Shown: positions 54,114-63,695, counted from the first letter of the stretch. The stretch: DNA of 64,000 bases from Candidatus Woesebacteria bacterium (GCA_963749595.1 CAVVNJ010000009.1:65380-129379), one strand, 5' to 3'. Notes: generated by a model not told the origin, from the letters alone. Program-made: numbers and translations.

Positions 54114-54279
54114 TTTCACAAGAGCGGCGACGTGGTGTATAATGTCGCCAATGGCATTGGAAAACACTCACCACCAGGCTTGGTATTACACCTTAACCAG
54201 GGGGGTGCGGTTTCTGATGGGCTAAAAAAATAAAAGCATGAGTCAGGCCAAACCTCCCAGATGGGAGGTTTTTTGTTTT
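54114..54279 (+). promoter_or_regulatory. leader element L2: promoter, hairpins, G-rich box and intrinsic terminator upstream of the nucleoside-salvage operon (alternatively a ~130-nt sRNA)
   Basis: TTCACA, an 18-nt spacer, then TATAAT (54138-43). The hairpin CCAATG-gc-CATTGG is followed by CACCACC...ACCAGGGGGGTGCGGTTTC. The terminator AACCTCCC-agat-GGGAGGTT plus TTTTGTTTT is at 54251-54279. Confidence 0.5.
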
Positions 54280-54297
54280 GACCCAAGAAAGGCAGAT

Positions 54298-55288
54298 ATG
54301 CCGGAAAAATTAAAAAATATTTTATGGATGGGAGAAGAACTCGATTTTGAGCTTCGGCCCGATGCCAAAGCGGAGGCAAAAGCATTGATTGCTCGCTTTC
54401 TGCGGCTGACCGCCAACCCGACTTTGTCCCACTGGCTTTATTGAGCCAACACAGAATATCCCCAAACTTAAATCTCAGATCGAAACTCGACATCATCGCC
54501 AGCCATTCACTTTTGTTGTCGATCTAGCCCGCGGTCCTTTGATTCGAGCCCTTGCTTGTCTGGACCAAGTCCCGCATTGGACCGGATTTTCCATGGGTCG
54601 TATTCGGGAAGTCAGTAGTATCGATCTTCCCACCAGTGGTCATATGCTCAGTCACAATCTAGAGGAAATACGAGCGCTCTTGGCGAACCAAGACCTAAGC
54701 AATATCTTGGTTTTAGATGACACCTCTTTTTCCGGATCGACCTCATTGATTTTCGAGAAACTATTGCGAGCGGCGTTCTCCGAGAAGAAGATGGATTTCA
54801 CGCATGGTTTCTTGATTCTCAACCAGGGAAAGCTTGGCAGCAACCCAGGTGCCAAAGAAAGACTCGGAGCAAAGGCTTTTGGTGGTCGGGAAATGGTTAC
54901 TCCTAAGGATGATGGCTGGCACTTTTTCGATTTAGTGAAGCAAGGAGACATTGCCAACCACCTATTGGTACTAAGTGAAATTCTTAAGCTTATTGGTCGG
55001 CCAAACTTCCCCCAATTGGCAAATGCCATTTTAGCCGACGAAAAAACGCTACGGTTAATGTTTCCTCAGGTGATTACCGCTCGAGAAATATTGGAATTAC
55101 AATCAACCGGTCATTTTATCGGCCAGCTGAAAACGGAAGGCGGGTTTCAGGTTCGGAACCCCCAATTGTTGCCCAATATAATTGGTCAAAAACACTTATT
55201 GCCGCCCAGCGAGTGGCGAGGGGATCGGGATGAGGTTTTTGAGCTGTTGCTTGCGTTGAATCAACTATTAGCGAAAGGATCGCGATGA
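54298..55288 (+). pseudogene. phosphoribosyltransferase-like protein, with a probable N-terminal frameshift near 54410-54444
   Basis: Type I PRT motif NILVLDDTSFSGST. The main ORF (54539 TTG) has no RBS, but its frame is open back to 54410. There it overlaps a 48-codon ORF that has a good RBS/ATG at 54298. Confidence 0.45.
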
Positions 55289-55956
55289 ATAAAATTGAGG
55301 CCATTGTTTTTGACTTAGACGGAACGTTGTACTCTTTCGACGATCGAAACGAGAGTCATTTTCCGTCCTCCCGCTTTGGGCAACAGATTCAAGCTAATTG
55401 TCGGAAATTTTTTCAGGACCGTTTTGGCTTGAACGAGTTGGAAGCTCAGGCCTGCTATTTGGATTTCAATGAGCGATACCAGGGAGAAGTAAGCTTGGGT
55501 TTGGAGCGTGAACGAGGGGTGCCGCGTAGTGAGTACTTTGCGGTGACGTGGAATCTCCAGCCGCAAGATTTTTTGGTGGCCAATCAGGAATTGAAACAAA
55601 CACTCAGCTTGTTATCAGTGAAGACTGGGATCTTGAGTGCCGCACCGAGAATATGGGTCGATCGTGTCCTGCAATTCTTAGCCATAAATCAGTTTTTTGC
55701 GGAAGCCATCTTTACCGGCGATCCGGATATCCGCAAACCGGATCCACGGTCGTTCCAACAATTGGTCGACTTTTGGCAGCTGGCACCTCAGAAAATTGTT
55801 TCCATTGGCGATCAAGAAAAAACCGACATTCTGCCGGCAAAAAGCTTAGGAATGTTGACGGTGCGAATTGGTAGAGATCTAGAAACTAAAGCTGATTTTC
55901 AGGCCGGTGACGTTATTCAGGCGATCGCGTTATTAAAAGAGAAAGGATTAATATGA
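55285..55956 (+). CDS. HAD-IA family hydrolase (phosphatase)
   Basis: VFDLDGTLY motif I and SIGDQEKTDI motif IV. It overlaps both neighbours by 4 nt. Confidence 0.75.
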   Translation: MNKIEAIVFDLDGTLYSFDDRNESHFPSSRFGQQIQANCRKFFQDRFGLNELEAQACYLDFNERYQGEVSLGLERERGVPRSEYFAVTWNLQPQDFLVANQELKQTLSLLSVKTGILSAAPRIWVDRVLQFLAINQFFAEAIFTGDPDIRKPDPRSFQQLVDFWQLAPQKIVSIGDQEKTDILPAKSLGMLTVRIGRDLETKADFQAGDVIQAIALLKEKGLI

Positions 55957-56876
55957 ATAAGTTGTTAAAGAAAAAGATCATCATCGACACCGACCCCGGC
56001 CATGACGATGCGCTGGCTTTGCTGCTAATGCTGAAATCAGGGCAGTTTGACGTCCAGGCGGTGACCACGGTGGCCGGCAACGCGACGATCGATAAAGTCA
56101 CTCGCAACGCCCAAGCGATTTTGGATCTGATTAGGTCGAAGGTTCCGGTGTTTTCTGGCCAACCTAGCCCTTTAAAGCGGGAACTGGTGACGGCGGTTGT
56201 GCACGGTGAGAGTGGTCTAGACGGGTTTGATACTTCAAAAACGAACTACCGCCTGACCGCCGACGCGCCGGAAAGGATCATTGAGATTGTCCGGAAAAAT
56301 CCTGGCGAGGTAACGATTTTAGCTCTTGGTCCGCTGACCAACCTGGCGCGGGCGTTCCAACTCGATCCGGAATTGCCGTCCCTGATTCCGCAAGTAGCGA
56401 TTATGGGCGGGGCAATTGATGTTCCGGGAAATAAAAACCGGGTAGCGGAGTTCAACTTCTTCGTCGATCCGGAAGCGGCGGACATTGTTTTCCGGTCGGA
56501 GGTCCCGAAAGTTTTGGTTCCGCTTGATGCCTGTAATAAGGTGGTTTTACAGGTTGAGGATTTTGAACGGCTGGCCAATCGACGATTGAAAAAAATCTTG
56601 GTGCCGATGATGCGACACTTTATGGCCGGACTAACTGTCAATGAAGGGACCAAAGGACTTTTGGTCTACGACGCCCTAGCCGGGTATTTTCTGCTGAATC
56701 CTAAAGCTTTCCAACTCGAGCCGATGAATATTGTGATCGAAACGAAAGGTGAACACACGTTCGGCATGAGCGTGGCCGAACGACGAAAGTATAAACGGGA
56801 GACGCCTAACGTGATGGTGGCTAAAGAGTTGGACCAGAATCAGTTCAAACGGGATTTATTTGCCACACTTGGTTAG
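55953..56876 (+). CDS. nucleoside hydrolase (IUNH family)
   Basis: The N-terminal IIIDTDPGHDDALALLLML aspartate cluster is diagnostic for the inosine-uridine-preferring nucleoside hydrolase family. Confidence 0.85.
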   Translation: MNKLLKKKIIIDTDPGHDDALALLLMLKSGQFDVQAVTTVAGNATIDKVTRNAQAILDLIRSKVPVFSGQPSPLKRELVTAVVHGESGLDGFDTSKTNYRLTADAPERIIEIVRKNPGEVTILALGPLTNLARAFQLDPELPSLIPQVAIMGGAIDVPGNKNRVAEFNFFVDPEAADIVFRSEVPKVLVPLDACNKVVLQVEDFERLANRRLKKILVPMMRHFMAGLTVNEGTKGLLVYDALAGYFLLNPKAFQLEPMNIVIETKGEHTFGMSVAERRKYKRETPNVMVAKELDQNQFKRDLFATLG

Positions 56877-57832
56877 CGCCGGTCGACGGCGGTCAGGCTC
56901 AATCCAAAATCATCACCGGGCAAAGAAAACTGAGTGCCGCTAGAGGTATTTAGTGGATTAAAGGCATACTGGTACTGAAGATCGGTTTCCGGAAGGTCGG
57001 CAAATCCAGATCCCAGGCGAAGATTAACGATCTCTTTCTGACCCCAGAGAGGAGCAGGAATAGGCAGGTCGATCATCTGACCATTTTGGTCCATCAGGCG
57101 AACAACAATCGATAAGACTCGTTGATTATTACCAGTTTCAATCGAAGCGATCGATTGGATGGCATTATTAAGGATAGAAATCCCTTTTCCGTAAGTCTGG
57201 CCGTTTCGCAGATCTTGATAAAAATAGTAAGCCGATATGGGTTGTCCGCCTTCAACCTGTAATTTTGTTTCGCGATTTTCATCTACGGTTGACAATAATT
57301 TACGGAAGAGTTGAGTGGCGGTCTCAGGATCATAGGGACCTGGTAGTAAGTCGAGATCTATCCGATCAAGACTAGGAAGTTTAATTTGGTCTTCAAAATT
57401 AACGATGGCGCCATTATTGTCGAAAAACAACTTCAATCCTCCAATTTCGCCAAAGGCGGGCATGGAAGCACCGATTGCCGGACCATCGCTCACGTAACCC
57501 AAGTTGATCAAGTCCTGATTAGATAGCTGTAGTACTGCCGGGATAACGTCAGCTGGGGCCGCTTGTTTATCGGGGGTGCCGACTACTGGCTCATCGGACG
57601 CGACTTGACGAGATGAATGTATGAGTAACAGGCTGAGTAGAAAGAGAACAGCTGCAGATGTTATTACCTTTTCGGCGTTGTGATTTGATTTCTCATTTTT
57701 TTGAACAACTTTTATTTCCCGTGGAACGACGGGGAGCACATAGCCGCAAGCCACACAAGCTGTTGCGCCTTGATTATTGCCCTGGCCACACATTGGACAG
57801 TTCAAGGGATGATGTTTTTCAGAGTGTGTCAT
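56873..57832 (-). CDS. zinc-ribbon membrane protein with an extracytoplasmic domain, function unknown
   Basis: CPMCGQ...CVACGY zinc ribbon, one TM helix (AAVLFLLSLLLI) and a ~230-aa external domain. A TATAAT box sits exactly 6 nt upstream of the ATG (57839-57844). Confidence 0.45.
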   Translation of the reverse strand: MTHSEKHHPLNCPMCGQGNNQGATACVACGYVLPVVPREIKVVQKNEKSNHNAEKVITSAAVLFLLSLLLIHSSRQVASDEPVVGTPDKQAAPADVIPAVLQLSNQDLINLGYVSDGPAIGASMPAFGEIGGLKLFFDNNGAIVNFEDQIKLPSLDRIDLDLLPGPYDPETATQLFRKLLSTVDENRETKLQVEGGQPISAYYFYQDLRNGQTYGKGISILNNAIQSIASIETGNNQRVLSIVVRLMDQNGQMIDLPIPAPLWGQKEIVNLRLGSGFADLPETDLQYQYAFNPLNTSSGTQFSLPGDDFGLSLTAVDRR

Positions 57833-57936
57833 AGCCTAATTATACCATATACTATAGGTTGGTTAAATCGGTATAAAGCGGGGATGATCTGGCAAATTAA
57901 CTCAGTAGTCCGCCGGTTTGGACATCGATTTGTCGT

Positions 57937-57942
57937 TATAAT
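57937..57942 (+). promoter_or_regulatory. -10 box placed for a leaderless transcript of ORF 57949
   Basis: TATAAT, then 6 nt (gcgacg), then ATG. No SD is present. Confidence 0.4.
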
Positions 57943-57948
57943 GCGACG

Positions 57949-58776
57949 ATGGGTATCTTTGAATCCTCCCGCAAATTTATTGCTAACGAAGGCGGCGAAC
58001 GAACCAAATTTTTTTTGCGCTTGAATCTTGAACCGTTTATCAACTTGGATAAGCTTGAGGTAAGGGGTCAAGAAAGCCTGGAGAAATTGCCTCCTGAGCG
58101 GACCGTGATTTTTGCCGTTACCCACTTGGATGATCTTTCCGTCCAAGCGATCGGTTACTGGCTAATGGAGCAGGGTTACGATGCCTATCTGACCCAACAA
58201 TCTGCCCAGAGAAAAATATCCGAAGCCGCACCGCTGGCCTTATTGATGCGAGTGATTGGTTGGGAGCGCTTTTTTCCGATTGGCTCGCGCACGGTGAAAG
58301 GCCAGATTAAAGGCACGATCAGCTATAGCGAATATAAAGACATTGCGCATAAGGCGCCGCATTACATCGTGATCGCCGCCCACAATCCGGTGAAAGCGGG
58401 TGAGGGAGCTCAGCTTCCGGAAAAGGCTGGCTTAGCGGCACCACTGGCGGCCATTGCGACCGGCGGGGTAATTGTCCCGGTCAGTATCGACATTCAAGGA
58501 CCGGCGGTGACTTTTGAAAATCCTTTGTCCGCTCTTCGCCGTCCGGCCACTATTTCTTTTGGCGAGCCGGTTGACTGGTTCCAAGATCAGAGTGCGGAAG
58601 CGGTAGTGGCTCGTGATCGGATTCACCAGCAAATTTTGGGTTACGAACCGGAAACCAAGTTGCCCAAGGACTATCTTCGCCAGTTGGGCGGCGATTTGAT
58701 GGGTCGATTGGCAATGCTTCTTCCGGTTAGCAAAAGAGGGATTTGGAATCAGGATTTATCTCAGAGTGAGACTTGA
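57949..58776 (+). CDS. acyltransferase-like protein (PlsC/LPLAT-like; weak call)
   Basis: VIFAVTHLDDLSVQAIGY resembles the NHxxxxD acyltransferase block, but the H-x4-D spacing is not exact. Confidence 0.3.
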   Translation: MGIFESSRKFIANEGGERTKFFLRLNLEPFINLDKLEVRGQESLEKLPPERTVIFAVTHLDDLSVQAIGYWLMEQGYDAYLTQQSAQRKISEAAPLALLMRVIGWERFFPIGSRTVKGQIKGTISYSEYKDIAHKAPHYIVIAAHNPVKAGEGAQLPEKAGLAAPLAAIATGGVIVPVSIDIQGPAVTFENPLSALRRPATISFGEPVDWFQDQSAEAVVARDRIHQQILGYEPETKLPKDYLRQLGGDLMGRLAMLLPVSKRGIWNQDLSQSET

Positions 58777-59451
58777 TTGACCGGCGGCTAATTCGGCCGT
58801 GATGGTTGTGGTTTGTTTCCAGGCATCGATGTCAACTCCGAAAGAGTTCCAATGTTCGCCCTCGGCTTGTGTCCAGCAACGAATAATCAAATCGTTTTCC
58901 GCTTTGATAGTTCCGTTTTCTAGTTCAATCGTTATTTTTTCCGGTAATTGATTGGGGGAAAATGCACCGAGCCAATCATTATCTCCCACCTCAGGAAAAA
59001 CGGTAACATCAATGTAATTTCTTCCCTCGTCATGTGACACGTGAATCTTCCAGATTTGTTGACCTTGGCGATTAAAACCGTGGAGATACAACAGATGATC
59101 GTTTTGCAGACCGGCAATATTAATTTCCCATTTTTGGAAATCGATTAAATTTTCGGCGACAGCAACTTTTTGATGCGGTCGGAGGATTATTTCTCTAGGC
59201 GCCATCGGCGTTTCGGTTGGTACCGGGAGGGCGGTGGGCGGGGGTAAATCGATGATGATCGGTTGGGTCTCGATTTCGGCCGGATGGCTGTCGCTGCCGG
59301 AATCTTTGATATAGTCGGCGGAGATGCTCGTGTGGTAATTGTTTGAATTGTGGTTCTTTTCCTGATCAGCACAGCTGGACAATCCAAGAACAGCGGAAGC
59401 GATAAAGCCACCTGCGGCAATTTGACGAATAATCTTTTCTCTTGAGATCAT
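58756..59451 (-). CDS. lipoprotein, function unknown
   Basis: Signal peptide with the lipobox LGLSS|C. Confidence 0.55.
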   Translation of the reverse strand: MISREKIIRQIAAGGFIASAVLGLSSCADQEKNHNSNNYHTSISADYIKDSGSDSHPAEIETQPIIIDLPPPTALPVPTETPMAPREIILRPHQKVAVAENLIDFQKWEINIAGLQNDHLLYLHGFNRQGQQIWKIHVSHDEGRNYIDVTVFPEVGDNDWLGAFSPNQLPEKITIELENGTIKAENDLIIRCWTQAEGEHWNSFGVDIDAWKQTTTITAELAAGQSSLTLR

Positions 59452-59466
59452 GGCAAGGATTATATA

Positions 59467-60090
59467 CTATTCTACCGTCACAAAGATAATTTGTTCGCTG
59501 GCGCGCCCTTGCTGGTCCCGGGCTTGAACGACGATGGCTCGTTCCCCGGGTGGCAAATCGAGCGAGTAAGTGAAGTTCCCTTGTGGATCCAGGGAGACGA
59601 GTTCCGTATTAATTGTCAGGGAAGCATCGGGATCGGTTTTACCGGTGACGCTGATTGGTGCCACCACGATCGCCGAGTTAATCGGGGTCTCGACCGTCAG
59701 TTGCGGCGGACGGCCCAGTTGTTGCCATTTTTGGAATAACCAAGCTCCGCCAACTAAGATCGCCAACCATAAAATTGTCAGCGAGAGTATCCGCGGTGTG
59801 AACCAAAATCGCCAACCGCGGCGTCGGTGAGGTTTTACCGGATTGCTAGCCGGAGAACGATCCAAATCCCGGCGGAAGAGGGCAATCGCATTTTCTTCCG
59901 GCAAGCTGATTTCCTGAGCAATCAAGCGGACATAGCCCTTGACTAGGGCCGGGGCCGGCAGACGGTTCAGGTCTTCTTCCTCCAAGGCCTCAATGAAATC
60001 GGTCGGCACCATGGTTCGGCGCGAAAGCTCGCCGGGACTTAAGTGGTGTTTCTGGCGGTAATCGCGTAAGACGGGTCCGATGGTTTTCAT
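59467..60090 (-). CDS. RodZ-like HTH membrane protein
   Basis: The N-terminal HTH (LRDYRQKHHLSPGELSRRTMVPTDFIEALEEEDLNRLP) is followed by one TM helix and a beta-rich C-terminal domain. Confidence 0.6.
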   Translation of the reverse strand: MKTIGPVLRDYRQKHHLSPGELSRRTMVPTDFIEALEEEDLNRLPAPALVKGYVRLIAQEISLPEENAIALFRRDLDRSPASNPVKPHRRRGWRFWFTPRILSLTILWLAILVGGAWLFQKWQQLGRPPQLTVETPINSAIVVAPISVTGKTDPDASLTINTELVSLDPQGNFTYSLDLPPGERAIVVQARDQQGRASEQIIFVTVE

Positions 60091-62225
60091 GCCGCTGGCG
60101 GTTCGCCACCCTGCAAGAACTGCTGGGCGGCGCTCTGGTTTATTTCCCGGGGTTTGGCGCCATTAACCACGCCGACAATACCCAACTCATGTAGTTGATC
60201 CAGAATCCGCGCCGCCCGGTTATAACCAACCGATAGCCGGCGCTGGATGTAGGAAGACGAGGCCTCGCCTTTCTCCAAAATGATGCGCGCGGCTTCTTTG
60301 ATCAGTTCATCTTGCTCTTCGGTCCCGCCTTTAGAGGGGCCGCCGTGGGTGAGATTGCTCTGGAACTTAGTCACGATTTCTTCTTCATAGGCCGGTGTTT
60401 TATTTTGTTTCTTGAGGAATTCGATCAGGTCGTGGATTTCTTGATCGGAGACAAAGGTTCCCTGGATGCGGACCGGTTTGGCCTGGTCTGGAGGAATATA
60501 CAGCATATCGCCGCGGCCCAGCAGTTTTTCCGCGCCCGGAGTATCCAAGATGACCCGCGAATCGGTGTTGGAAGAAACGTTAAAGGCGATGCGGGTGGGA
60601 ATGTTGGCCTTAATTAAGCCGGTGATCACGTCCACCGATGGTCGCTGGGTGGAAACCAATAGGTGAATGCCCACTGCCCGGGCCATTTGCGCCAAGCGAG
60701 TGACCGATTCTTCAACCTCGTTTGGTGAAAACAGCATGATGTCCGCCAACTCATCAATAATAATCACGATGTAAGGCATCGCCTGGAAACCGGAGGCCTC
60801 GTTGTAACCAGCAATGTTGCGCACGCCGACTTCTTGGAAGACCTTGTAGCGCTTGTCCATTTCGGCGCAAGCCCACTTCAGGGCGGAGACCACTTTCTTT
60901 GGTTCGGTGATGACCGGAGTGAGCAGATGAGGAATGTCATTGTATTGGGTTAACTCGACTCGCTTAGGGTCAACCAAAATAAATTTCACCTCATCCGGAG
61001 AAGCGCGGAACAAAATCGAGGCGATAAAAGCGTTGACCGCGACTGATTTTCCCGAGCCGGTGGCACCGGCAATCAAGGCATGCGGCATTTTTGCGACGTC
61101 AGCCACCACCTCGCGTCCGGCCACGTCCAAGCCCAGGGAGACGGCCAATTTAGACTGGTTCTTTTTCATGTCCGGTGACATTAAAACTTGGCGCAATGAA
61201 ACTACCTGGAGCGAGCGGTTGGGGACCTCAATACCCACCAAATCACGACCGGGAATGGGGGCTTCAATACGAATTTGACCGGTCGGGGCCGCCAGAGCAA
61301 GAGCCAGGTCGTTGGCCAGCGAGGTGATCTTGGTCAACTTAGTACCAATGCTTGGTTTAATGGCGTACTGGGTCACGGCCGGACCAATGTTCACCTCGAC
61401 CATCTGGGCCTTAATACCGAATGAATCTAGCGTTTGCTCAATGATCGAGGCATTAGCTTTAACGTCGCCGGCATCAGCCTGAGCGCCGCGTTTGGCACTA
61501 AGCAAGGAAGTGGGTGGATACTCCCAAGCTTGACTGCCGGGCTGGTTAGCCAGCGGAGCGGTTGAAGAAGTATCTTCCAAATCAATCGACGGCACCATCG
61601 GTTTGTTAACTTTGAAAGATTCCTGAGGATTAGCGGTGGTTGCCTCCGGTTCTTTTTCTTTGCCTTTAGTGAGCAGCGAAAGTCCCTTGATTGAAAAGCC
61701 CTTGGTTTTGGCTTCCTCTTTAAGCTTGGCCTGTTTTTCGCGGGACGATTGGTCGACTTCAACCATTGAACCAAAGAAGCGGAAGAGTTCGCGCAGGGAA
61801 GTGTCGGAAAGAATCAAGAAGCCGGCCAGCCCAACCAGAGAAAAGACAATTTGGGTCCCCAGCGGCTGAATCAGCTCCGAAAAGTTCAGGAAAAGGGCTT
61901 GGCCGGATTCGCCGCTTTTACCAAGCACTAAGGCGGACAAGAAAAACAAAAATGAGCCGACCAAAACTTGCGGTTTAGCGAATGACCATTTGGCTCCGGT
62001 CAAAACCAGACCCATCGAAATGAATAAAAACGGCAATAATAAACCGGCAAAACCAAAGGTCGAACGTAGGACGTCGTTCACTGCTTGCAGCGATTCTCCC
62101 TGGCCCGAAAAAGAAATAATGGTCAAACCGGCCAGTGCAAAAAACAGCAAACTGCCTAGCGAATAAATCGTTTCTAACCGAAGTTTAAGTTTAAACGGCG
62201 ACCGCTTGCGCCCACGCTTCCCCAT
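60087..62225 (-). CDS. ftsK: DNA translocase FtsK
   Basis: N-terminal TM helices, motor domain with Walker A GATGSGKSV, and a C-terminal winged-helix gamma domain (SSSYIQRRLSVGYNRAARILDQL). Confidence 0.95.
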   Translation of the reverse strand: MGKRGRKRSPFKLKLRLETIYSLGSLLFFALAGLTIISFSGQGESLQAVNDVLRSTFGFAGLLLPFLFISMGLVLTGAKWSFAKPQVLVGSFLFFLSALVLGKSGESGQALFLNFSELIQPLGTQIVFSLVGLAGFLILSDTSLRELFRFFGSMVEVDQSSREKQAKLKEEAKTKGFSIKGLSLLTKGKEKEPEATTANPQESFKVNKPMVPSIDLEDTSSTAPLANQPGSQAWEYPPTSLLSAKRGAQADAGDVKANASIIEQTLDSFGIKAQMVEVNIGPAVTQYAIKPSIGTKLTKITSLANDLALALAAPTGQIRIEAPIPGRDLVGIEVPNRSLQVVSLRQVLMSPDMKKNQSKLAVSLGLDVAGREVVADVAKMPHALIAGATGSGKSVAVNAFIASILFRASPDEVKFILVDPKRVELTQYNDIPHLLTPVITEPKKVVSALKWACAEMDKRYKVFQEVGVRNIAGYNEASGFQAMPYIVIIIDELADIMLFSPNEVEESVTRLAQMARAVGIHLLVSTQRPSVDVITGLIKANIPTRIAFNVSSNTDSRVILDTPGAEKLLGRGDMLYIPPDQAKPVRIQGTFVSDQEIHDLIEFLKKQNKTPAYEEEIVTKFQSNLTHGGPSKGGTEEQDELIKEAARIILEKGEASSSYIQRRLSVGYNRAARILDQLHELGIVGVVNGAKPREINQSAAQQFLQGGEPPAA

Positions 62226-62282
62226 AGTCTCCTACTTTATCACTTTAGCCAGGTAGATTACAATCAACAGGAAAGGTAACTT

Positions 62283-63695
62283 ATGCGTCGAACCAAGATT
62301 GTGGCCACGATTGGCCCCGCCACGGACACCGAAGAAAAGATTGAATTGCTCCTTAAATCAGGAGTGAACGTTTTTCGTTTTAACATGAAGCACGGCGATG
62401 TTGCCTGGCATACCGAGCGGATCCAGCGGGCGCAAGCGGTGGCGGATCGCTTAGGTTTGCCCGTCGGGATTTTGATCGATTTGCAGGGTCCGGAGATCCG
62501 GCTCGAAACGCCCAATAAAGAACCGGTGTTAGTGGCTGCCGGAGAAGAAATTCTGCTCTCCTTTGATTTTGTCGAGGGCCGCAAGGGCATCCGAGTGCCT
62601 GACCACCGGGTAATAGATGGCTTGAATGCCGGTGATCAAATTTTAATTGACGATGGATTTATCGAGTTCGCGGTTATTGGGCGCGACGAGCAGGGCGTTC
62701 TAATCAAGGCCAAAGCCGATTATTCGGTGAGTAATCGTAAAGGCATGAACCTTCCTGGAGTTCACCTGGAATTATCTTCGCTGATTGATGATGATTTTAA
62801 AAAGTTGGATATGGCCGCCAGCGAAAAAGTTGATTTCGTGGCCCTCTCCTTCGTTCGAACCGCCGAAGATATCCGGGTATTAAAAGAAGCGATGGATCAA
62901 CGAAAAATTAACGCTCACATCGTGGCCAAAATTGAAAATGCCAAAGCGGTGGAGCACTTGGACGAAATTATCGCGGTCAGTGACGCGGTGATGATCGCCC
63001 GTGGCGACCTGGGAATAGAGGTGCCGTTTGAAGAGTTGACCTACTGGCAAAAAACGATGATCCATAAATGTAGGCAAGCCGGCAAACCGGTAATTACGGC
63101 TACTCAAATGTTACAGTCGATGATCGATAGCCCACGACCGACGCGGGCAGAAGTTTCCGACGTGGCTAACGCGGTTTTCGATGGCACCGACGCCATCATG
63201 CTGTCCGGAGAAACGGCGCAGGGCAAGTACCCGGATCTGGCAGTTCAGGCGATGCACCGAATTGCAGAATTTAACGAAGCCAAAGTAACCCTGCCGCCGC
63301 TGGAAGAGACCCATGTTTTGTCCCAAACGGAAGCGGTGACCCGGGCGGTCAGTGATATTCTTGGCCAGAAACGGGACTTTTCTCTCTCAGCAATTGTGGT
63401 CTTCACCGAAACGGGTGAAACCGCCCGCAAGTTGGCGCGCTTCCGTCCGGAGATTCCGTTGATCGCGCTCACTGAGGATACGAAAACCCGCGATGAGCTT
63501 TGCCTGAGCTACGGAATTTTTCCCTTAGTTGCTCAGTTTCCAGAGGGAGATATCGTTTCGGTAGATCCGATCATTGAACAGTTGAAAGCCCTGCAAGTGG
63601 TTAAAACCGGCGATCGCCTTTTGTTTGTTCATGGGCGTCGCTGGAAGGAACCCGGATTAACCAATACCTTATCCTTGCGCGAGGTGGTGTCCTAA
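62283..63695 (+). CDS. pyk: pyruvate kinase
   Basis: MRRTKIVATIGPA, MIARGDLGIEVP and TQMLQSM motifs. Confidence 0.95.
   Translation: MRRTKIVATIGPATDTEEKIELLLKSGVNVFRFNMKHGDVAWHTERIQRAQAVADRLGLPVGILIDLQGPEIRLETPNKEPVLVAAGEEILLSFDFVEGRKGIRVPDHRVIDGLNAGDQILIDDGFIEFAVIGRDEQGVLIKAKADYSVSNRKGMNLPGVHLELSSLIDDDFKKLDMAASEKVDFVALSFVRTAEDIRVLKEAMDQRKINAHIVAKIENAKAVEHLDEIIAVSDAVMIARGDLGIEVPFEELTYWQKTMIHKCRQAGKPVITATQMLQSMIDSPRPTRAEVSDVANAVFDGTDAIMLSGETAQGKYPDLAVQAMHRIAEFNEAKVTLPPLEETHVLSQTEAVTRAVSDILGQKRDFSLSAIVVFTETGETARKLARFRPEIPLIALTEDTKTRDELCLSYGIFPLVAQFPEGDIVSVDPIIEQLKALQVVKTGDRLLFVHGRRWKEPGLTNTLSLREVVS

Noticed and set aside
54143-54279. The L2 transcript as SRP (4.5S) RNA, 6S RNA, or a T-box, ZTP, preQ1, fluoride, guanidine or glnA riboswitch
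   Set aside because: None of the diagnostic conserved sequences that I can recall for these classes is present. Examples are the SRP GGAAG/AGCA helix-8 motifs and the T-box AGGGTGGNACCGCG. The comparison was made from memory, not by a covariance-model search.
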